A stretch of DNA of 38,912 bases from a virus (taxonomy: Duplodnaviria > Caudoviricetes). The notes under the pieces were generated by a model, which was given only the letters and a program-made list of their open reading frames with translations, did no database searches and was not told where the DNA came from. The stretch is taken from IMG/VR virus record IMGVR_UViG_3300016263_000623, positions 1-38,912 of that record. One strand, 5' to 3'. Every line of letters begins with the position of its first letter. The first letter of the stretch is position 1. The translations under genes were made by a program, and so were the position numbers. Below are positions 16,246 through 23,305 of this stretch, piece after piece.

Positions 16246-19244
16246 AGCGAGAAAGCCCCGTTCGTGATGCGAGACAAGAGAGACATGACGTCGCTGTCGT
16301 ACTCCTTGCCAGCCCACGAGCCAGCAATGACTTCAGCGACGAACTCGCGGCTGCCCGTGGCGGCGTAGCGAGAGACGCGAGTTGCGACGCTTCGCAACTC
16401 CTCGTCTTCGAGAGGCGCAGACGCCTCATATGAGTCAGCGTCTGCGATCGCGTGGTGGCGATGCGCGAGTTCGTGCAGGAGCGGATTCGGCTGGGACAGC
16501 CATCCGCGAGCAGCGGCCAAACGGAACGACGCCGCGACTTCTTCTGTCAGAGATTCGGACACGTAGATCGTGTCCGTGTCGCGGTCGTACTCGGCGACCG
16601 CGCGGCTCTCGGCCTGGGGCCTGAAGACGACGTTGGGTACATCAACGTCGCCGGTTGATCTCAGTTCTCGGACGAGGGCTTCGGCGGCTCGATGCCGAAC
16701 GCCTTTAAGAGGTCCGGCCTGTGAGCCCAGCGCTCCGGGTGCTTCTCCGGATACCAACCAGGAGACAGTTCCTCGCCCTTCGCTTCCACCGTCTTCTTCA
16801 CGTACTCCCGAAAGGCCTCGAACATCTCGCGGAGATTCGACTTTCCTTTCGCCGGGATTCCGAACCGTTCGACTTTCTCTGCCATGGATTTCTCCTTGTG
16901 ATTCGCCCTCGCTGGAAGTATACGACCGAACGCTGTTTTTTCCATGCTGCTTGAGTTCATCTACAGCATCCGGATTGCGAGACAAGGCTTCGTCGAACTT
17001 GCCGTCGTAGTCGGACGGCTTGCGTGGGTCTCCATCGTCGTACTTGACCCAAGTCTCCTTGAAAGTCTCAAGATTAAAGACTGCAAGTTGACCGGCTTCT
17101 CTCCCCGCCTCAAGGGCCTCGTTGACTTGGTTCGGCTCAAATCTTGTCGAGACGTCGATGTAGAACTCATCCCCCGCCTTCCATCCCCCCACGAACCTAG
17201 TGTCGTCTCCGAGCAGCAAGTCTGAGTTCTTGTCCAGCCATTCGGCGAACTTCTCAGCGCCTGAGTCTGTGCCCAAATCGGATGACGAAATCTTGACTGA
17301 TCGCTCGCTGTTGTTCAGGAACTCGCTGACCATGATGCCAGTCGACGGCTGCTCGGACGAGAGAGGATCAAGCGAGAAACCGTCCGGGCTCGACGACATC
17401 TTCTCTAAAAGGCGGGCGACGTCTTCGCGAGTCACGGAAGATGCGTTGCGTGGCGTGGGGGAAGACTTCGGCGTCGGAGAAGATGGCGACAAGCCGCCGG
17501 AGCCGCCTCCGGTGTCCGGCGCCATTTTTTCTTTCGACCCGCACGAGTTGTCGACTCCGCCGCCTTCTCCGGTCGGACAGAAGGCCCGAGACTCCGGCAT
17601 GCTCAGTTTCTCTTCTGGAATGATCCAGAGTTTGCAGATCGCATTCGGCGAGATGACGCCCTTCACGATCTCGCACGAGCCGCCTTCTTCGTAGTAAATG
17701 CAGTTCCGGCACGAGATGCCGCGAGACGCGAACGGGTTCTGCTCCATGTAGTGAGCGCCGCTCGCTCCCTGCTGCGGCCAGCGTCCGTTCTCCTTGACGA
17801 TCGCTTCTTGGGCGTCGTACAAGGCTTGGTTCTGCGGCGAGAGGGCTCGCTTCTCTTCGGTCGCCTCTTCCATCTTGGGCTTAGGCTCAGACTTCTCGCC
17901 CTGCTCAGCCTCGTTGGGAGCCTTGCCAGTCTTGACTTCCGGAAGACTTGGGACGCCGCCCTGGGCTGGCGGCGGCGGGCCGCCAGGAGGTGCCGCCATC
18001 GGGTCTGGCTTAGGCTTGACCGCGTCCTCCAGCGTCTGCATGTTCATGCCGACGAAGTGCTTGTCGCCGTTTTCGAGCGGCGGCATGTTCTCCAGGCGAC
18101 GACAGTCGTTGATCGAAAAAATGCCCAGGTTCGTCATCGTGGAGTAGTACGACGCGCGAGAGTTGGAGTCGCCTCGCATCAGGCCGCGAACGTCGAACTC
18201 AGCAACGAAGAGATCGTCGTTGTAGATCAGAGACCGAGAGATGGCGCTCTCGATGCGACGCAGCCACGGCACGAGCGTGTACGTGACGAAGTCTTGCCCT
18301 TCGATCTCGGGGTTTCCGCCAGACTGGCCCTGAACGAGCCTGACCGGCAGCCTGTAGACCCTGGCGATCTCCTCGGACTGGAATCTCCGTGTCGACTCGA
18401 ACTGGGACTGTTCAGCAGTGAAGCCGACGGGCTCGACTTTTAGGCCGTTGGTCAAGATCGCAGTCTTGTACGCCCGGTCGGCTCCGCGATGGAGTCTCTC
18501 CCAGTTGTCCCTCAGTCGCTCGGCGGCCTCGGGGGAGAGAGAACCGTCCGTCTGAAGAACGATGCCTGGTCGTGCTGAGTTGGCCCAGAACTTCGCGGCG
18601 TGAATCTCGCACGCCCTGGCGAGAGCGATCGCCTCGCGAGCGACCTCGACGGGCACCATACCCTTGATGCCGTCGGGCTCTGCCGTCCACCGGACGTGCA
18701 TGATCTGGTCTTGCGTGTACGGCTCAAGTCTCCCGGTCTCGGGATTCGTGTACATGTACCGAAGTCGGCCGTTTTCGAGCCGCTCCACGTCCATGCGAGA
18801 CGGGTGGAGGTTGATAAGTTCAGAGACAGCGCCATATCGGCCAGACTTAATCTGCGTGTACGAGTTCCCCCACAGGCACAAGTTCATCACCATCTGCTCG
18901 AAGAACTCGAACTTGGTCTGCCAAGAGTTGGGCGCGAACGACAAGACTCGGTACAGAGGGATGTCCCTGGCGATGTCTTTGCTCCCGCCTTCGCCTCGCC
19001 TGTAGACATGCAATGGCAGGGCGCTGATCGTCTCGGCGAGAATGCGGCAGCAGGCCAGGACGACCGTCGACTGGAGAGCGGTCTCCGGCGTGACTCTGAC
19101 TTCCGACTCGGTCCTCCACCGGCCGCCGTAACTCTCGTCCGAGAGCAGGAAGTTGTTCCACGAGATGCCGCGAATCTCGGGCTCAGAGAGTCCCCGTTCG
19201 GGTGTCCAGACAATGTCGGACAGAGCCCTGTTCTCTTCGCTCAT
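16242..19244 (-). CDS. HK97-family portal protein with about 580 aa of C-terminal cargo domains (1000 aa)
   Basis: Portal motifs VLACCRILAETISALPL, PNSWQT, LWGNSY, DGIKGM, EEIARVYRLP, TLVPWL, SINDCRRLENM. Followed by a Pro-rich linker, a HiPIP-like Cys4 motif, a Cys tag, an unknown domain and an HELAH zincin. Start revised to ATG 19244 (GAGGGG SD). Confidence 0.92.
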   Translation of the reverse strand: MSEENRALSDIVWTPERGLSEPEIRGISWNNFLLSDESYGGRWRTESEVRVTPETALQSTVVLACCRILAETISALPLHVYRRGEGGSKDIARDIPLYRVLSFAPNSWQTKFEFFEQMVMNLCLWGNSYTQIKSGRYGAVSELINLHPSRMDVERLENGRLRYMYTNPETGRLEPYTQDQIMHVRWTAEPDGIKGMVPVEVAREAIALARACEIHAAKFWANSARPGIVLQTDGSLSPEAAERLRDNWERLHRGADRAYKTAILTNGLKVEPVGFTAEQSQFESTRRFQSEEIARVYRLPVRLVQGQSGGNPEIEGQDFVTYTLVPWLRRIESAISRSLIYNDDLFVAEFDVRGLMRGDSNSRASYYSTMTNLGIFSINDCRRLENMPPLENGDKHFVGMNMQTLEDAVKPKPDPMAAPPGGPPPPAQGGVPSLPEVKTGKAPNEAEQGEKSEPKPKMEEATEEKRALSPQNQALYDAQEAIVKENGRWPQQGASGAHYMEQNPFASRGISCRNCIYYEEGGSCEIVKGVISPNAICKLWIIPEEKLSMPESRAFCPTGEGGGVDNSCGSKEKMAPDTGGGSGGLSPSSPTPKSSPTPRNASSVTREDVARLLEKMSSSPDGFSLDPLSSEQPSTGIMVSEFLNNSERSVKISSSDLGTDSGAEKFAEWLDKNSDLLLGDDTRFVGGWKAGDEFYIDVSTRFEPNQVNEALEAGREAGQLAVFNLETFKETWVKYDDGDPRKPSDYDGKFDEALSRNPDAVDELKQHGKNSVRSYTSSEGESQGEIHGRESRTVRNPGERKVESPRDVRGLSGVREEDGGSEGRGTVSWLVSGEAPGALGSQAGPLKGVRHRAAEALVRELRSTGDVDVPNVVFRPQAESRAVAEYDRDTDTIYVSESLTEEVAASFRLAAARGWLSQPNPLLHELAHRHHAIADADSYEASAPLEDEELRSVATRVSRYAATGSREFVAEVIAGSWAGKEYDSDVMSLLSRITNGAFSL
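16661..16885 (-). CDS. Nested out-of-frame small gene inside the portal fusion (74 aa)
   Basis: AAGGAG-N6-ATG. MAEKVERFGIPAKGKSNLREMFEAFREYVKKTVEAKGEELSPGWYPEKHPERW... reads like a real protein, while the portal frame here is a low-complexity G/R/S/E linker. Confidence 0.6.
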   Translation of the reverse strand: MAEKVERFGIPAKGKSNLREMFEAFREYVKKTVEAKGEELSPGWYPEKHPERWAHRPDLLKAFGIEPPKPSSEN

Positions 19245-19254
19245 CGCGACCCCC

Positions 19255-21930
19255 TCACAGCAAGATGATCTCCGGGTCGGCCATCTTCGGAGCCGCTTCT
19301 GCGTCGCTGGCAAGAGCCAACGCCATGACAAGGGCGATCATTCCGTCCACCCTGGCAGGGCTCATGGCCGCAGGCTTTGCGATCTTGATGTAGCCGTCGG
19401 CATTGGTCTTTATCGTGCAATTTCCGGCCATCCAGTTCAGGATCGGATTGTCACCAGTTCGCAAGCGGCCCTGCGAGATCAGCCCGTCGAGCGCGCGTGT
19501 CGGCGCGTTCATCGCCGAAAAGTTCTGGCTAAACCCTATCACGTCCAAGCCTTCGGCCTGAAGTTGCTGGACGAGGTAGTGCGAGTTGTATGGGTCGGTG
19601 GCGATTCGCCTGACAGTCCGCTCCTTGGCGAACTTCAAGATGTCCCGCTTAATGAACTCGTAGTCGCACTTATCGCCAGGGGTAAGCGTCAAGCCGGTCT
19701 TCTGGTCTTTCGCCCACTGGATGTACGGCACTTCTTCCCGCCTCGTGTCGGCGTTGTCGGCCGGAATCCAGAACTTGCAGATCACATCGAACACTTCGTC
19801 GTGGGCTTTCGAGACAGCCACGAACGCATTGACGTCCCAGGTCTGCGCTAGATCGAGACCGGCGTACCAGACTCGCGAGGAGTCGAGGAGTCCGGGGTGA
19901 CCCTTGCACTGCTCCCACTGGGTCAGGTTCACGAACTTCTCGGTGCCAGCGACCCAGACATTGAGCCGGTATCGCAAGAACGAAGACAGCCTGGAGGGGG
20001 ACTGCTCGGCCTCCCGCACGTCCGCCTTGAAACTCTCCTCGTCCATCGTGACGCCGAACGACGGGTTTGCAGCACGCCAGACAGCCGGGTCTCGGTAGTC
20101 ATCGTCAGCCGTGGCTGCGGCGATATAAGCGAAGTACTGCGGGTCGAGACTTGGGTCTTGCATGACCTTCAAGGCATGCTCGTGCTGCTCGTAGCAGATC
20201 GAAGACCTGTCAAATCCAGCCGTCGTGATCGCCAGGACGAGACTCTGGCTTCGAGAAATACCGCCGTACCGGATGGCGTCCCAGAGTTTCCGGTCTTTGG
20301 CCGAGTGCAACTCGTCGTAGCACAGGGAGTGGATGTTCAAGCCCTCGGCCCGGTGCGAGTCGCTCGAAATAACCCGCCAGAACGAGTTCGTCGGCACGCA
20401 CGCGATCGTCTTTCTGGAGTCGACGATCTCCAGTCTCTTGGACAAGTAAGGACTGGACCGGACAAGTTCCGCCATCTGCTTGTAGACGATCCCGGCCTGA
20501 TCCCGAGACGTAGCCGCTCCGAAGCACTCCGCTGCGGGCTCGGAGTCGGCCACGGTCATGTAGAGCGAGATGCCTGAGAGCAGGGTCGAGTTGTGGGTTG
20601 GGATGAAGTTCCTTCCTGCCAAGAACATTCCATCTTCCGAATCGACCTGAATGCAACGAACTGGAACGCTTTCGCAAGGGACGACGCAGTCAAACCAGTG
20701 AGAGGCATTTGTTTTTCTCGGGTGCTTAGAGAGCCTGTCTTGCTTTCTTTCGAGCGAGAAAACTCGCATGCCAGCAGGTGGCGTGAACGAGAATGTCCAA
20801 TACGCCTTTCCGGCGTACCGGCCTGACTTCACTGCCCGCATCTTCTTGCTGTGCGGAACTCCGAGAGAAGAGAGAAGTTCTGAATATCCAACAGAAAGCA
20901 ACTCAGACTTTGTGACAAGAGTGCAGATCGACCTTCCGTCTCGAACTTTGGCGCACCCATCGGTGTCCATTATTCCGCGAAGCAACTCTTCTCTCTGAAC
21001 CCTCGATGCCCTTAGATACTGAGCCGGGACGCTCTTGTTGCCGAACACCCCAAGAGACTTGAGCCTGCCAATAAAACGGCCCCCGTCGCACTCGCCAGAT
21101 AGCGATATGCGAACAGTGTTTTGGTATCCGTACTTTGCAACAGAAGAAACAGACTCCCTTGAAGATATCGCAGACACCATGTGGTCGGCGTCTTGGTCTC
21201 CTGCGATCACAGCGGCAGCGTTTGACCACCCATCACCCAGCCACGCGCCGAGTACATACGGGTCGATCGGCAGTTCTGCGAAGTCGCACTCAACAGGAGA
21301 CGCGGCGAGGATTATGGGCCTGTAACTTTTTCTGCTGAGCGTTCTCTTGAGCCAATCAGTGGTCACAATCCTCGGGCTCCCAAGAACTGAAACCAACCAC
21401 TGGTGATCTTGGTCGGCGACAATCGGATCGCAGTTCTTCATGCGAACCTCGCAGCACGGCCTGCCGCGCATCACATCGGTCGCCGCGATGACTCGAATCT
21501 GGCTTCCGTCGGACCCAAACACAAAGTCGCCGACCTTCAGATCGCCCATCGTCTTCCAGCCGTCCGGAGTCGGAATAGGCGTGTCGATCGCGAGAGCCTT
21601 GCCGTTCTTTTTCGGTTGTCGTTCCGGGTTGCGCCCCCCGCTTATTCAGCAGGGGGCGCAACCCGGCACTTCTATGTACCCCACCCGGAATCTCCGCTGG
21701 TCGTTGTCGACCCGCATCCAGCCGAAGAGTTCCTCGATCACCTCGTCCTTCTGCCAGGGCAGGAGGGTGAACGGCTTCCCAGCGAACTGACCCTTGGAAT
21801 GGATCAGAAAGTTCTCGAAGAAGCCGACGGCGTGAGCCGCCTTGGCCTCGTCGAAGTAGTAGTCGTAGCCGAGACTAAGCGCCTCGGCTTTTGATATACG
21901 CTTCCAGCGGGTCTTCAGGGGCAGCGGCAT
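19255..21930 (-). CDS. terL: Terminase large subunit, interrupted by a 51-nt stop-containing insert and an intein
   Basis: N-terminal HSKGQFAGKPFTLLPWQ and YIEVP..KKNGK|S Walker A. YDELH Walker B, ITTAG, ANPS, GLDLA and RVDGMIA nuclease motifs. Track ORFs 21646-21930 and 19255-21549 are in the same frame, separated by a TGA at 21646-21648. Confidence 0.92.
20590..21597 (-). mobile_element. Class 3 intein (336 aa) with LAGLIDADG homing endonuclease in the TerL P-loop
   Basis: Starts GK|ALAIDTPIPTPDGW and ends FIPTHN|S. WCT signature: HQW (block B), VRCIQV (block F), PTHN (block G). LAGLIDADG helices YVLGAWLGDG and LLRGIMDTDG. Confidence 0.92.
21613..21666 (-). other. Candidate translational bypass element (matched CCG codons, 19-bp hairpin, in-frame TGA)
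   Basis: GTG CCG [GGTTGCGCCCCCTGCTGAATAAGCGGGGGGCGCAACCCGGAACGACAA CCG] AAA AAG AAC GGC AAG. Removing 51 nt restores YIEVPKKNGK. Confidence 0.6.
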
Positions 21931-22339
21931 TTGACACCTTCATGGTCGACCTCGCGGCGGCGGTCATTCCGAACTGCTGCTCGATTCGCATCAGTTCCGC
22001 CGGGAGAGTCTTGAACAGCGACCCCTCCGCTGTCAGTTGGGAGTACCCGGTCTGAGTCAACTGGGTCATCCCGTTCTCTTGGACATGTTTCACGACGTAG
22101 AGCCACTGCTCGTGGAGGAGGCAGTATCGCTCGATCACGCCTCGGTCAGCCTGAGTGAACACGCCCATGTTGAAGAGCAGGGGAGCGATCTCGTTCCACT
22201 TCTCCAGGGCTGGACCGGCGAGCCGGGGAGGAGGCGAGATGTCGGCCGGTGGCGGCTTGGGCTCGTCAGCGTTGATCGTCCGCTGGCCCGGATTGCCACG
22301 GAGGACCTTGAGGCTCGTCGGTACTGGAGGTCTTCCCAT
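21875..22339 (-). CDS. terS: Terminase small subunit, P27 family
   Basis: MGRPPVPTSLKVLRGNPGQR...EKWNEIAPLL...QFGMTAAARS, located directly upstream of terL. Confidence 0.93.
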   Translation of the reverse strand: MGRPPVPTSLKVLRGNPGQRTINADEPKPPPADISPPPRLAGPALEKWNEIAPLLFNMGVFTQADRGVIERYCLLHEQWLYVVKHVQENGMTQLTQTGYSQLTAEGSLFKTLPAELMRIEQQFGMTAAARSTMKVSNAAAPEDPLEAYIKSRGA

Positions 22340-22340
22340 G

Positions 22341-22487
22341 TCAGGCTGGATTGATCGAGACGATGTCCTTCATGTCGATTCCGTACTGGGCCTGCACGAG
22401 CAGCCGCGCCCGATACATGGACGTTGCGGGGACGACCGCGAACGTCTGCTCGCCCTCGAACCGGAACCGAACGATGTACTTCTTCAA
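22341..22487 (-). CDS. Small hypothetical protein (48 aa)
   Basis: TTG start with AGAGG upstream, MKKYIVRFRFEGEQTFAVVPA.... Stop is 1 nt before the terS start. The longer track ORF extends into non-coding-looking DNA. Confidence 0.45.
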   Translation of the reverse strand: MKKYIVRFRFEGEQTFAVVPATSMYRARLLVQAQYGIDMKDIVSINPA

Positions 22488-22489
22488 GG

Positions 22490-23005
22490 CCCAGCCTCTT
22501 CGGGCAAAAACCTGCGTTTTGGCCGGGAAAAGGGCCCTCCAAAAGTTTCGCAGCCGCTCACGGAAGCACGCAGCGGGGGTCTTCGTCCGATTTTGGTTTT
22601 CAAACGCGACACTCCCCCGGAGTGGCCTTCTCCAAGCCTCGCACAGATGAGGATTCCAGTAAAGAAAAAATCTTCCAGGCCAAGAGTGGGCATTCCAATT
22701 TCGCGAAACTGGAATGCCTCGCCTTGGAAAATCTGGAGCAGCCCCGCCTGTGACTTGTGAAACCTGTATTTTGGGATCAAGTCCATAATAGAAGTAATTC
22801 AAAAACACCACAAAAAAAGCCCAACTCGCGATTTTTCGACTTGAAAACTTGTTCTTTTAGAAATGATGATTTTTGATTTTTTTTGCCTATATGGGGGAAT
22901 TGATTTTTTGGCCCCACCTCCATATTTCGCTTCTAAGGCCAGTTTTCTTTTTTGGTGTCAGGTAGCCTATCCAGACAAATAGGCCCTTAGAAAGCAAGCC
23001 AGGGG
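22490..23005. other. AT-rich intergenic region, probable cos/packaging site
   Basis: Lies between HNH and terS, the usual cos position in HK97-like phages. Contains A/T tracts and a 30-bp near-perfect palindrome at 22689-22718. Confidence 0.55.
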
Positions 23006-23008
23006 CCT

Positions 23009-23305
23009 CTAATGCGATTTGGCATCCTCATGCACCTTCTTGGCATTGCACTTGGCGCAGAGGCATTGCAGATTCTCCATTGTGTCCAGGCCCCCCAATC
23101 TCTTTGGCTTAATATGATCACAATGAGCCTCCTTGGGATCAGTGCAGAGCCTCCCGCATGATTTGCATTGCCAGTTGTCCCTGAGAAGCACCTTGATCCT
23201 GAGAGCCTCCCAGGCCTTGCCCCCATAGCCTCGCCTGGAGGCGCTTGGCTTGGTTGGTCTTTGGCGGCCTCGCTTGGGCTGGAAGAAGGCGAATCGTTCA
23301 GGCAT
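23009..23305 (-). CDS. HNH endonuclease (terminase-associated, HK97 gp74-like)
   Basis: RRGYGGKAWEALRIKVLLRDNWQCKSCG...DHIKP...GG...NLQCLCAKCNAKK. Confidence 0.92.
   Translation of the reverse strand: MPERFAFFQPKRGRQRPTKPSASRRGYGGKAWEALRIKVLLRDNWQCKSCGRLCTDPKEAHCDHIKPKRLGGLDTMENLQCLCAKCNAKKVHEDAKSH

Larger units (their letters stand above)
4598..17588 (-). repeat. Twelve dispersed Cys/Gly loop peptide repeats (CPTG[EP]GGG[VI][DK]N[SD]C, CxxxEGGRFxxGNxC and hybrids)
   Basis: Copies at approx. 17541-17588, 16174-16221, 15157-15213, 14149-14208, 13219-13275, 11275-11322, 10351-10407, 9337-9393, 6862-6912, 6391-6441, 5768-5809 and 4598-4645. Confidence 0.9.

Noticed and set aside
4598-17588. 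Cys-tag repeats as a CRISPR array or intein/Hint motifs
   Set aside because: They are in-frame, hundreds of bases to kilobases apart and degenerate at third positions. There are no HN|C/S/T ends or Hint blocks.
21646-21648. TGA as Trp (genetic code 4/25) or selenocysteine
   Set aside because: TGA terminates many genes here in ATGA/GTGA overlaps. Decoding it would insert 17 residues into the Walker A loop, and the TGA is at the hairpin apex rather than upstream of a SECIS-like stem.
112-21894. Many long plus-strand ORFs (e.g. 2185-3723, 112-780, 12781-13722)
   Set aside because: Antisense shadows of high-GC minus-strand genes. They have no motifs and no RBS/coupling pattern.
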